Position numbers and translations under genes: made by a program. The notes beneath the pieces are model-generated. The model was not told where the DNA came from and made no database searches. It worked only from the letters and a program-made list of their open reading frames with translations. This document shows, piece after piece, positions 17,242 through 26,436 of a DNA stretch of 64,000 nt (the first letter of the stretch is position 1; each line of letters begins with the position of its first letter). The stretch is from Candidatus Latescibacterota bacterium (GTDB taxonomy: Bacteria; Latescibacterota; UBA2968; GCA-2709665): contig OZ250150.1 of the NCBI GenBank assembly GCA_965237675.1, positions 1,408,001 to 1,472,000 on the forward strand, given 5' to 3'.

Positions 17242-18027
17242 ATGACGGATGACGAGAAGTATCTTTTCGATTTGACCGGGTACCTGGTGCTGAGGGATGT
17301 CCTGAAGCCGGAGGAAGTCGAGCGCTGCAATGCGGCCATCGACAGACACATCGATCAGCTCAAGGAGAGGGAGGGGTCGCTCACGGTGGGCGCGCCGGCG
17401 CTTGGGGGTACGTCGAACAGGAAGGATCTGGGCGGAATGCTGGCATGGGAGCGACCGTGGTGTGAACCCTTCAGGGCGATGCTCGTGCATCCCCGTGTGA
17501 TGCCTTGTCTGCACGTGATTCTGGGCAAAGGATATCGGCTGGATCACGGGCCCGGTCTGATTGCCATGGACAAGGGCTGCGAAGGGGGCACGTTGCACGG
17601 GGGCGGTGTGGAACGTCCGGATCTTTCAGAGGCGTATTTCTTCAAGAACGGACGTATCTATTGCGGATTGACCGTCGTGGAATATCTATTGGCGGACGAG
17701 GGGCCGGGAGACGGGGGCGTGGCCGTGGTTCCTGGCAGTCATAAGGCGAATCTGGCGTGTCCGCGCGAGATGAACCGGGGCGAGAAGTACGGCGAGCATG
17801 TGGTGGAGGTGAACGGACGGGCCGGAGACGCGGTGATCTTTACCGAGACTCTGACACACGGGACGTTGCCGTGGGAGGCCGAACACCAGCGGCGGGCGCT
17901 GTTGTACAAGTTCAGTCCCTCATTCCAGGCCTACGGGGTGGGCGCGCATACGGTGACGTATCCGGACTACATCATGGACATGACGGATGCGGAGCGGGCG
18001 GTGATGGCGCAGGCGCACATGCGGTAA
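17242..18027 (+). CDS. PhyH-family dioxygenase
   Basis: EKYLFDLTGYLV, LHGG, VPGSHK and FTETLTHGTLPW motifs. Confidence 0.9.
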   Translation: MTDDEKYLFDLTGYLVLRDVLKPEEVERCNAAIDRHIDQLKEREGSLTVGAPALGGTSNRKDLGGMLAWERPWCEPFRAMLVHPRVMPCLHVILGKGYRLDHGPGLIAMDKGCEGGTLHGGGVERPDLSEAYFFKNGRIYCGLTVVEYLLADEGPGDGGVAVVPGSHKANLACPREMNRGEKYGEHVVEVNGRAGDAVIFTETLTHGTLPWEAEHQRRALLYKFSPSFQAYGVGAHTVTYPDYIMDMTDAERAVMAQAHMR

Positions 18028-18149
18028 AACTGTTGTGTGCAAGCGAAACATCGAAACAAAGGCTTGAAAGGGTGGAGCGGACATTCTTGTCTGCTCATAG
18101 ACATCAATTCGGAACCTCGGAATCCTGTGTCCGGGAACGCGGGTGGACC

Positions 18150-19004
18150 ATGATTGAAGCCGAGGGTTTGACCTACGCCTATCCGGGCGCGGAAGATCCG
18201 GCGGTGCGGTCGGTTGACTTCAAGGTTGGGAAGGGGGAGATCTTTGGTTTTCTCGGGCCCAACGGCGCGGGAAAGAGTACAGCCCAGAAAGTGCTCATCG
18301 GATTGCTGCGGGAATATACCGGCCGGGTTCTGGTTTTCGAGCGGGATCTCAGGACATGGGACAACAGCTATTACGAGAGGATTGGGGTTTCCTTTGAGTC
18401 TCCCAACCACTATTTGAAGTTAACGGCGCTTGAGAATCTCCGGTATTTCCGAACGCTCTATGACGGAGAGACGGAAGCGCCACGGCGTCTGCTGGAACTG
18501 GTGGGGCTTCATAAGGACGGTGACAAATACGTCGGTGAGTTCTCCAGGGGTATGCGCGCAAGGTTGAATTTCGCGCGGGCGCTTTTGAACAAACCGGAAC
18601 TGCTTTTTCTGGATGAGCCCACGGCGGGTCTGGACCCTGTGAGCAGCCGCCGGATCCGGGATCTGATCCGGGAGCGGCGCGAGACCGGTGCCACGGTCTT
18701 CCTGACAACCCACAATATGGCCGTGGCCGATGAACTCTGCGATCGCGTGGCTTTTATCGTGGATGGCGGCATTCGGCTTGTGGATGCGCCGCGGGCGTTG
18801 AAGTTGCGTTACGGCCGGCGAACGCTGCGCGTCGAGTTCGTTGCGGATGGCAGCCTCAACCAGAAGGATTTTCCTCTGGACGGCCTGGCGGATCGCACGG
18901 AGTTCCTGGAAATCCTGCGCGCCGCGTCGATTCAGACGATGCAGACCCAGGAGACCACGCTGGAAGACATCTTTGTCCAGGTGACGGGGAGGGTGTTGAC
19001 ATGA
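18150..19004 (+). CDS. ABC exporter ATP-binding protein
   Basis: GPNGAGKST, FSRGM and LFLDEPTAGLD motifs. Confidence 0.93.
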   Translation: MIEAEGLTYAYPGAEDPAVRSVDFKVGKGEIFGFLGPNGAGKSTAQKVLIGLLREYTGRVLVFERDLRTWDNSYYERIGVSFESPNHYLKLTALENLRYFRTLYDGETEAPRRLLELVGLHKDGDKYVGEFSRGMRARLNFARALLNKPELLFLDEPTAGLDPVSSRRIRDLIRERRETGATVFLTTHNMAVADELCDRVAFIVDGGIRLVDAPRALKLRYGRRTLRVEFVADGSLNQKDFPLDGLADRTEFLEILRAASIQTMQTQETTLEDIFVQVTGRVLT

Positions 19005-19711
19005 AACGCCTGTTGTCGGTTCTCCGTTGGGACGTGACGCTGCAGTACAGGTACAAATTCCTCTCGGTAGGCGTTGGCATGGTGTTGTTCTGGGGAGCGC
19101 TGTTCAGCCTGATACCCGGTATCGGGCGCGTGGACGCCGGCGTCGTGGTGCCGGCTTTTTTCGTCATCAATCTGTACGTGACCACGTTCTATTTCATCAG
19201 CGGCCTTGTGTTGCTCGAGAAAAGCGAAGGGATCCTCACGAGGTTGGCGACGACGCCGCTCCGAGACGTGGAATACCTGCTCTCGAAGGTGGTGTCACTG
19301 ACACTGCTCGCCCTGGTCGAGAGCCTGTTGATCGTCCTCGCGGTTCTCGGAGCAGGAGGGGAGTGGGTGCCGCTGCTGTCGGGCGCGTTCCTGTTGGGAG
19401 CGCTCTTCGCGCTGGCTGGATTTATCGTGGTTGTTCGGTACGACTCGATCAATTCATTCCTGATTCCGTCCGTCCTCTATGTGACGGCGCTGCTGCTTCC
19501 TTTGCTGCCTCACTTCGGGCTCGCAGACAGAACGATTTTCTACCTTCATCCTGCGGAGCCGGCCCTGGCGTTGATGCGCGCGGCATATATGCCGAAGGGT
19601 GTCTGGGAAATGGTTTACGCGGTGGCGGCCGCTCTCGGATGGGTCGGTATCGGTTTTATTGTAGCACGGCGGCGGTTCTACAGATTCGTTGTCCGCGAAG
19701 CGGGCACATAG
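19001..19711 (+). CDS. ABC-2 type permease (fluoroquinolone-exporter-like)
   Basis: Multi-TM; LLEKSEG and TPLRDVEYLLSK; translationally coupled to the ATPase. Confidence 0.85.
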   Translation: MKRLLSVLRWDVTLQYRYKFLSVGVGMVLFWGALFSLIPGIGRVDAGVVVPAFFVINLYVTTFYFISGLVLLEKSEGILTRLATTPLRDVEYLLSKVVSLTLLALVESLLIVLAVLGAGGEWVPLLSGAFLLGALFALAGFIVVVRYDSINSFLIPSVLYVTALLLPLLPHFGLADRTIFYLHPAEPALALMRAAYMPKGVWEMVYAVAAALGWVGIGFIVARRRFYRFVVREAGT

Positions 19712-19726
19712 CCGGAGCCTCGATTC

Positions 19727-20461
19727 TTGCAGATCTTGGCAGTCTATCGATCCCTCGGGTGGGTGGATTTCAAGAACGTGAAGCGCGACAGGTTATTGGC
19801 CTGGATGGTGGCCATGCCGCTGATGATCGCGGCCCTGTATCGTTTCGGCCTGCCGCCGCTGGCCGATTGGCTGCTCGATGGCTACGGGTTTGATCTGAGG
19901 CGTTATTATCCACTGCTGATGAGCTTTTACGTGATGACGGCGCCGGGCATGATCGGCACGGTGATCGGTTTTCTGCTTCTGGACGAACGGGATGATCGGA
20001 TGTTGACGGCGCTGCTGGTAACGCCGTTGTCGTCGGCGAGATACCTTGGCTATCGGATAACGATACCCATGGTGTTCGGGTTCATCCTTACGATTCTCGG
20101 TTACCGGCTCACCGGCCTGACGCACGTTCCCTTGCCGGACCTGATGGCGGTGGCGCTCCTGGCTTCCTTCAACGGGCCGATCACGGCCCTCGCGTTGGCG
20201 GGATTCACGGCGAACAAGGTAACCGGGTTTGCCTTCGTAAAGCTCCTGAACGTGATCAACATGATTCCGGTGGTCGCTTTTTTCGTTTCGTCAGACTGGC
20301 AGGTCGTCGCCGGGTTGGTGCCCACGTTCTGGCCGATGAAGATGCTCTGGCTGGTTGCATCCAACGAAGGGTACGTATTGTACGGACTCGGGGGACTGGC
20401 GGTAAACGCCCTGGCGGTGCTGCTGCTGCTGAAGCGGTTTCATGCGGTCATGCACCGGTGA
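19727..20461 (+). CDS. ABC-2 type permease
   Basis: Multi-TM; LLDERDDRMLTALLVTPLS and ANKVTG. Confidence 0.85.
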   Translation: MQILAVYRSLGWVDFKNVKRDRLLAWMVAMPLMIAALYRFGLPPLADWLLDGYGFDLRRYYPLLMSFYVMTAPGMIGTVIGFLLLDERDDRMLTALLVTPLSSARYLGYRITIPMVFGFILTILGYRLTGLTHVPLPDLMAVALLASFNGPITALALAGFTANKVTGFAFVKLLNVINMIPVVAFFVSSDWQVVAGLVPTFWPMKMLWLVASNEGYVLYGLGGLAVNALAVLLLLKRFHAVMHR

Positions 20462-20522
20462 GGGACGGCCGGTTCCGGAAGGGATACTGGAAAACGGGCA
20501 TGTTGCGAAGGGGATACCAAGA

Positions 20523-21746
20523 ATGACCTATGACCTGGTGCTGAAGGGGGGCACCGTGATCGACGGCGCGCAGGGATTGAACGGGATATATGACGTCGCG
20601 GTTCACGGAGAGACGATTGCCGCCGTGGAGAAGGAGATTGTCGAGCCTGCGAACGAGACGGTGGACCTTTCCGGCAGATTTCTCACGCCTGGCTGGGTCG
20701 ATATTCACACACACATCTATGCCGGGGCTACCACGTGGGGGATTCAGGCGGATGCGCTCTGCCTCGCAACGGGGGTGACTACCGTTGTGGACGCGGGCAG
20801 TCCGGGATGGGCGAACTTCATGGGGTTCCGGGACTACGTGGCGGCGCCGGCGCGGACGCAGGTGTTGACGTTTGTGCATATCAGCGGCATCGGGTTGACC
20901 TATGGGCCCGTGGGCGAGATGCATGATTTGCGTTATGCGGATCCGGAGCGGACCGCGTTCGTGATTGGCCGGTGGCCTGAACTCTGTGTGGGCGTGAAAG
21001 TGCGCGAGGGCAGACACCAGGTCGGCGACAACGGGGTGGCGCCCCTGAAATTGGCCGTGAGGGCCGCCGAGCTTTCGAATTCGAGGGTGATGGTACACGC
21101 AGGTGCCGGCGTTCCTCTGCCGGACGTACTGGGGGAAGTTCGACCGGGCGATATCGTCACACACTGTTATCACGGCGGCGGCGATACGATCCTTGGTGGC
21201 GAGGACATAGTTATTCCGGAGGTCTGGGCGGCACGGGAGCGGGGTGTCTTGTTCGACCTGGGCCACGGAGGGGGCAGTTTCTTGTTTGAAATTGCCAGAA
21301 AAGCCCTGGCTCAGGGGTTCCCCTCGGATGTGATCAGCACCGATCTGCATGTTCACTCTTTAAACGACCCGGTCTACAGTTTGCCCGAGACGGCCTCCAA
21401 GCTACTGAACCTGGGGATGGAGTTGCCGGAAGTCGTCTACCAGACGACAGCTGCACCCGCCGCGGCGATTGGACGGGACGATGAACTGGGAACGTTAAAG
21501 GTCGGGACAGTGGCGGACCTGGCGGCATTCGAAGTACAGGAGGGTGCGTTCGAGTTCCGGGACGTGGGTGACAACCTGGAGGTGGGCTCGCGGTTGATAG
21601 AGCCCGTACTGACCGTTCGCAAGGGGAAGGTGTACAGGCCGGCGGACCTGAAAGAGGAAGTCGCGGAGACATTCCTCAGGGCGCGCGAGATGAATGCGCT
21701 GGTGAGGGGCAATCTCCACAAGCTAAGCCCAGGTCCGAAGAGGTAG
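20523..21746 (+). CDS. Amidohydrolase/deacetylase, dihydroorotase-like
   Basis: PGWVDIHTH, TGVTTVVDAGS, FDLGHGGGSF and ISTDLH motifs. Confidence 0.9.
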   Translation: MTYDLVLKGGTVIDGAQGLNGIYDVAVHGETIAAVEKEIVEPANETVDLSGRFLTPGWVDIHTHIYAGATTWGIQADALCLATGVTTVVDAGSPGWANFMGFRDYVAAPARTQVLTFVHISGIGLTYGPVGEMHDLRYADPERTAFVIGRWPELCVGVKVREGRHQVGDNGVAPLKLAVRAAELSNSRVMVHAGAGVPLPDVLGEVRPGDIVTHCYHGGGDTILGGEDIVIPEVWAARERGVLFDLGHGGGSFLFEIARKALAQGFPSDVISTDLHVHSLNDPVYSLPETASKLLNLGMELPEVVYQTTAAPAAAIGRDDELGTLKVGTVADLAAFEVQEGAFEFRDVGDNLEVGSRLIEPVLTVRKGKVYRPADLKEEVAETFLRAREMNALVRGNLHKLSPGPKR

Positions 21747-21795
21747 ATCAATACGGATGGGCGCCGATGTTGGAGATTCAGGAAGGACGCGTTTC

Positions 21796-23385
21796 ATGTC
21801 AATGACCGGTGCGGAGGTGCTCGTTGACGGGCTGATATCGGCCGGGGTGAAGCATCTGTTTTCGCTGTCGGGCAATCAGATCCTCTCGGTCTACGATGCG
21901 ACGATCGGGCGGGAAATCGGGTTGATCCACACCCGCCACGAAGCGGCGGCCGTCCATATGGCGGACGGGTGGGGGCGGTTGACGGAGGAACCCGGCGTAG
22001 CGCTGCTGACAGCCGGGCCCGGTCATTGTAATGGGCTGGGGGCGCTTTACGTGGCGTTGATGGCGGAGTCTCCGCTGTTGATGCTGAGCGGCCATTGCCC
22101 GGAGGCGCAGATCGGGAAAGGCGCGTTTCAGGAAATGGATCAGGTGGCCGCGGCCCGACCAGTGGCCAAGGCATCCTGGCGGGTGGCGAGATGCGAAGAT
22201 CTGGAAAATGACCTGTCCAGGGCGCTGGAACTGGCGGTATCCGGGCGGCCCGGGCCGGTGCACTTGAGTCTGCCGGCCGATGTGCTGGAGGCATCCGCAC
22301 CGTGCTTGCGTGGTGTTCGTTCCAAACCTAAGGGCGACGTGGTGGACGGTGATCCGGACGCAGTGCTGACTTTGTTGAGTGAGGCGGAGCGGCCGCTGAT
22401 CCTGGCGGGACCCGCGATGGGGCGGGCCGGGCGGTGGATAGCCGTGGAGAAGCTGGTGGAGGCAACCGGGATTCCGGCACTGCCGATGGAAAGCCCGCGC
22501 GGCGTGAACGATCCGTGGCTTCGGGGGGCCACGGCATGTCTGGCCAGGGCCGACGTGGTGCTGCTTCTGGGGAAGAAACTGGATTTTTCGCTGCGATTTG
22601 GTCAGCCGCCGTTTTTCTCTGAGGAGCGACGGTTTATCCAGATCGACGCGGACCAGGGTGAGTTGCGGGCCGACGCCAGCGTGGCGCTGCGGCTGTGTGC
22701 GGATCCGTTGAAAGCGGCGCGGCGGCTTGCGGACAAAGCCCGGTCACGGTCCTGGCATTACGGGACGTGGCGGTCGGAGGTGGCAAGGTTGCGGGGCGCC
22801 ACGCCTCCGGACTGGGACGCGATGCGGCGCGGAACCGGTGCCCCCGTGCATCCTCTGGGGGTGTGCGAGGCGGTGCAGCCATTTCTGGACGCGGGTGGGA
22901 TTTTTGTGAGCGATGGAGGGGAGTTCGGGCAGTGGGCGCAGGCGGGATTGACGGCGGATACCAGGTTGATCAACGGGCCATCGGGCGCAATCGGGAGCGC
23001 GCTGCCGATGGGTCTGGCGGCAAAGCTGGCGCATCCGGGAAGGGCGGTATTCGTGTTGCTGGGGGATGGGACGTTTGGTTATCATGCCCTGGAATTGGAT
23101 ACGGCGCTGCGCTATGGGCTGCCTGTCGTCGCAATCGTCGGCAACGATGCCAGGTGGAATGCGGAGCATCAACTCCAGGTCACAACCTACGGGCCGGATC
23201 GGATCGTCGGGTGCGATCTGCAGGAGACAAGATACGATCGGGTGGCTGAGGCTCTGGGCGGGTACGGCGCATTTGTGGACCGGTCGGAGGATCTTCCCGC
23301 CGCGCTGAACGATGCGGTGGCGTCCGGCCTTCCCGCGTGCGTAAACGTGGCGATTGAAGCGGCGGCGGCGCCCATGTTTCGATGA
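21796..23385 (+). CDS. ThDP-dependent enzyme (acetolactate synthase-like / 2-hydroxyacyl-CoA lyase-like)
   Basis: RHEAAAVHMADG, TAGPG and GDGTFG...GND motifs. Confidence 0.88.
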   Translation: MSMTGAEVLVDGLISAGVKHLFSLSGNQILSVYDATIGREIGLIHTRHEAAAVHMADGWGRLTEEPGVALLTAGPGHCNGLGALYVALMAESPLLMLSGHCPEAQIGKGAFQEMDQVAAARPVAKASWRVARCEDLENDLSRALELAVSGRPGPVHLSLPADVLEASAPCLRGVRSKPKGDVVDGDPDAVLTLLSEAERPLILAGPAMGRAGRWIAVEKLVEATGIPALPMESPRGVNDPWLRGATACLARADVVLLLGKKLDFSLRFGQPPFFSEERRFIQIDADQGELRADASVALRLCADPLKAARRLADKARSRSWHYGTWRSEVARLRGATPPDWDAMRRGTGAPVHPLGVCEAVQPFLDAGGIFVSDGGEFGQWAQAGLTADTRLINGPSGAIGSALPMGLAAKLAHPGRAVFVLLGDGTFGYHALELDTALRYGLPVVAIVGNDARWNAEHQLQVTTYGPDRIVGCDLQETRYDRVAEALGGYGAFVDRSEDLPAALNDAVASGLPACVNVAIEAAAAPMFR

Positions 23386-23436
23386 TAAAACATCCTGTGA
23401 CCTGAGTTCGACGAAGGGTAACGGAATAGGGGACGT

Positions 23437-23533
23437 TAGCAGTCCGTTGATAAAGTCGCTCTGCAGGCGAGGCCGAGTCATTCGGCCACAAGGGCCGGAC
23501 GTAGCCCGGATGGACTTTTTCAACGGGCTGTTA
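23437..23533. mobile_element. MITE (family C), internally deleted copy
   Basis: TIRs TAGCAGTCCGTTGATAAAGTC / GACTTTTTCAACGGGCTGTTA; longer inverted copy at 57347-57511. Confidence 0.8.
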
Positions 23534-23583
23534 GGGCGGAGGTGGAATTTCAACCTCGAAAGGACAGTTGAGTTGGGGGAATT

Positions 23584-24807
23584 GTGCGCGCAGAGATCGT
23601 CATGATTGGTACCGAGCTTCTGCTTGGAGAGATCGTGGATACCAATGCGAATCTGCTGGCCGTGGCGTTGCGGAATATTGGCCTGGATCTCTACTACAAG
23701 ACCACCGTGGGGGACAACGAGGAACGAATTACACAGGTGCTTAACCTTGCGTTGGATCGGTCTGACGTAGTGATTACGTCTGGGGGCATCGGGCCGACGG
23801 TGGATGACGTGACCCGGCAGGCGATTGCCCGGGCAACGGGGCGGAAGCTGGTATACAGCAAGGAACTGGAAGGGCAGATTGCGGCGCGCTTCCGCGGCTT
23901 CGGACGGAAAATGGCCGCGAATAACAAGCGGCAGGCGTATCTTCCTGAGGGAGCGCTGCCGCTGGAGAATCCCGTCGGAACGGCGCCGTGTTTTCTGAGC
24001 GAAGACACGAAGGGGCGGGGGTTCATTGTCTGCCTGCCCGGTGTTCCCCGGGAGTTGGCGCATATGATGGAGCATACCGTCCTCCCGATACTCGCGGAAA
24101 GGATGGGCGGGGTGAAGGTCATCCGGGTGCGGGTACTTCGTACCTGCGCGGTAGGGGAGAGCAATATCGACCGGGGGATCGGGGACCTGATGGCGTCGTC
24201 GAACCCGACGGTAGGTCTGGCAGCGCATGCGGGGCAGACGGACGTTCGCGTGACAGCCAGAGCCGAATCGGAGGCGGAAGCGGATGCGCTGATTGCCGGT
24301 ATGGAACTCGAACTCCGGAATCGGTTGGGTGTGGCGGTCTATGGTGAGGAGAAAGAAACGGTGGCCGAGGTTGTGGGCAGGCTGCTGGCGCAACGGGATC
24401 TGAAGCTTGGGGTGGTGGATACACTTACCGGGGGACAAATCTGCCGGGAGTTGAATGAAGCTGGATTCGGAAGCGTGGTTTTGGCGGACCTTAATGGGCG
24501 CGACGCCGAGCAGGCGCTGGCGGCCGCGCGCACCGACTTGTCACAAGGGATCGACGACCCGACGCTGGCGGGACTGCTGGCGGCGAGAGTCGCGCCTGAA
24601 GGCGGCGTTGGGCTGGCGATGATCGGACCTTGTAACGGGAAATCTACGGTAATTGCGATCCACGGGCCTGGAGATCTGCGGACGAACGAGGCGGGGCGGC
24701 GCTTTGAGGATACAGACCTTATGCGGCGGTGGCTGGTGATTCAGGGCTTGGACCGTGTGCGGCGGGCGCTGCTGGGTGAGATGCATTCGCCGGTGGATTG
24801 GAATTAG
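23584..24807 (+). CDS. cinA: CinA-family competence/damage-inducible protein
   Basis: IGTELLLGEIVDTN, VGDN, GGIGPTVDDVTR and LPGVPREL motifs; C-terminal PncC domain looks degenerate. Confidence 0.88.
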   Translation: MRAEIVMIGTELLLGEIVDTNANLLAVALRNIGLDLYYKTTVGDNEERITQVLNLALDRSDVVITSGGIGPTVDDVTRQAIARATGRKLVYSKELEGQIAARFRGFGRKMAANNKRQAYLPEGALPLENPVGTAPCFLSEDTKGRGFIVCLPGVPRELAHMMEHTVLPILAERMGGVKVIRVRVLRTCAVGESNIDRGIGDLMASSNPTVGLAAHAGQTDVRVTARAESEAEADALIAGMELELRNRLGVAVYGEEKETVAEVVGRLLAQRDLKLGVVDTLTGGQICRELNEAGFGSVVLADLNGRDAEQALAAARTDLSQGIDDPTLAGLLAARVAPEGGVGLAMIGPCNGKSTVIAIHGPGDLRTNEAGRRFEDTDLMRRWLVIQGLDRVRRALLGEMHSPVDWN

Positions 24808-25030
24808 CCGGCAAGTCGGCGGGACGCCGCAATACATGGTCGTCTTGCGAGATCGACACTCACGGTAGTGATTTGGGCGACCGGATGTGAGTTTGGGAAG
24901 GACCCCGTCTGTGTGATAGATGGCCGGATGTCCGTGGCCGCCGCGGGGGACTTGACCGCCGATCCGCCACAAGTTAAGGCATCGGCGTGTATCATAATGA
25001 GCCATCAGCGGCGTATCAGGAGGATGATCC

Positions 25031-26413
25031 ATGGCTGGCACCAGAGACATACGCTCCAGGCTTGAGCTATTCGTCGACGACTGGCTGATCGACACGATGA
25101 CGGACACAAGCCTCAAGCTCCATCCTCCGGTGCCGGCTGAGGTCGTCCTCGATTTCGACCAACCCTGGGAAGGGGAGACGTCGTGGGTCGCCAACGTCAT
25201 CCTCGACGACGGGCGCTACCGCCTCTGGTACCGCGCCACCGGCCCTGAGGGAACGAACCGGACGACCTGTTACGCCGAAAGCCCCGACGGCATCCACTTC
25301 GAGCGTCCAACCCTCGGGCTGCACGAGTTCGAGGGCTCGAAGGAGAACAACATCGTCATGGGGGCCGCGCACTGGAACGCCTGCGTCTTCAAGGATCCCA
25401 ATCCGGCCGCGCCAGACTCACAGCGGTACAAGGGCTTCCTGAGGGGCGAAAAGCTGGACAAGCGCGCCACGATTTACGGCTATGGTTCGCCCGACGGCAT
25501 CCATTGGGAGCTGATCCAGGACGGGCCGATCCTACATGCGCCACCCGACGACCACCCCAGCTTCGACTCACCCAACGTGGCCTTCTGGGACGTCAATATT
25601 CGCAAGTACGTCAGCTACTTGAGGGGTTTCACGCCCGATTGCGATCGTAGCGGAGCCCCCGCTCAGGGTGGCGTATACCGGTCGATTCGGAGGGCCGAGT
25701 CGGACGACTTCCTGGACTGGACCGTGCCGGAGCTGATCGACATGGGCGGAAGGCAGAAGGAGCACCTGTACACCAACGCAGCGACCCTATACTTCCGCGC
25801 TCCCCACGTCTACCTGATGTTCCCCAAGCGGCTTAGGCTTGGCCGGAAGTTCCACAAGGACTGGGTGTCCGACGGCCTGTCCGAGGGGGTCTTGATGACC
25901 AGCCGGGACGGCGTCCGGTGGGACCGCCGGTTTATGGGTCCGTTCATCCGTCCAGGCCTTGACTCAAGGAACTGGAATGAGCGGAATATGGCCGCCGGCG
26001 TCGGCGTTGTGCCCACCGGGGCCGAGGAGATCTCGATCTACTACGTAGAGAACTACCGGAACCCGACGTGCCGGCTCCGTCGAGGCGTCCTTCGGACCGA
26101 CGGTTTCGTCTCCGTCAACGCACCCTTCGGCGGCGGCGAGTTCGTAACCAAGCCCTTCACCTTCGCTGGCAGTGAGCTGGTCATCAACTACTCGACCTCG
26201 GTGGCCGGCGAAATCCGGTTCGAGATGCAGGACGAGCAGGGCAGCCCCATCGAGGGCCACACGCTCTCCGAAAGCGCCGAGATCTTTGGAGACGAGATTG
26301 CGCGGGCGGTCAGCTGGGACAGCGGCTCCGACGTGTCTGCGCTGGCCGGAAGGCCGGTGCGTCTTCGCGTGGCGATGAAGGAGGCCGACCTCTACGCCAT
26401 ACGCTTCCGGTAG
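25031..26413 (+). CDS. Beta-propeller glycosidase-like hypothetical protein
   Basis: ELFVDDWLI, YAESPDGIHF, SPDGIHW, SRDGVRW and LRTDGFVSV motifs. Confidence 0.7.
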   Translation: MAGTRDIRSRLELFVDDWLIDTMTDTSLKLHPPVPAEVVLDFDQPWEGETSWVANVILDDGRYRLWYRATGPEGTNRTTCYAESPDGIHFERPTLGLHEFEGSKENNIVMGAAHWNACVFKDPNPAAPDSQRYKGFLRGEKLDKRATIYGYGSPDGIHWELIQDGPILHAPPDDHPSFDSPNVAFWDVNIRKYVSYLRGFTPDCDRSGAPAQGGVYRSIRRAESDDFLDWTVPELIDMGGRQKEHLYTNAATLYFRAPHVYLMFPKRLRLGRKFHKDWVSDGLSEGVLMTSRDGVRWDRRFMGPFIRPGLDSRNWNERNMAAGVGVVPTGAEEISIYYVENYRNPTCRLRRGVLRTDGFVSVNAPFGGGEFVTKPFTFAGSELVINYSTSVAGEIRFEMQDEQGSPIEGHTLSESAEIFGDEIARAVSWDSGSDVSALAGRPVRLRVAMKEADLYAIRFR

Positions 26414-26436
26414 CGGATGGTACTTGCGCCCCTAGT

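Noticed and set aside
17757-18149. N-terminal extension of the ABC ATPase
   Set aside because: It overlaps the PhyH gene and a REP-like hairpin; ATG 18150 gives a normal length.
22744-24438. Long antisense ORFs (564 aa here; also 42017-43885, 49932-51143, 16163-17158)
   Set aside because: Shadows of GC-rich genes on the opposite strand, with no motifs.
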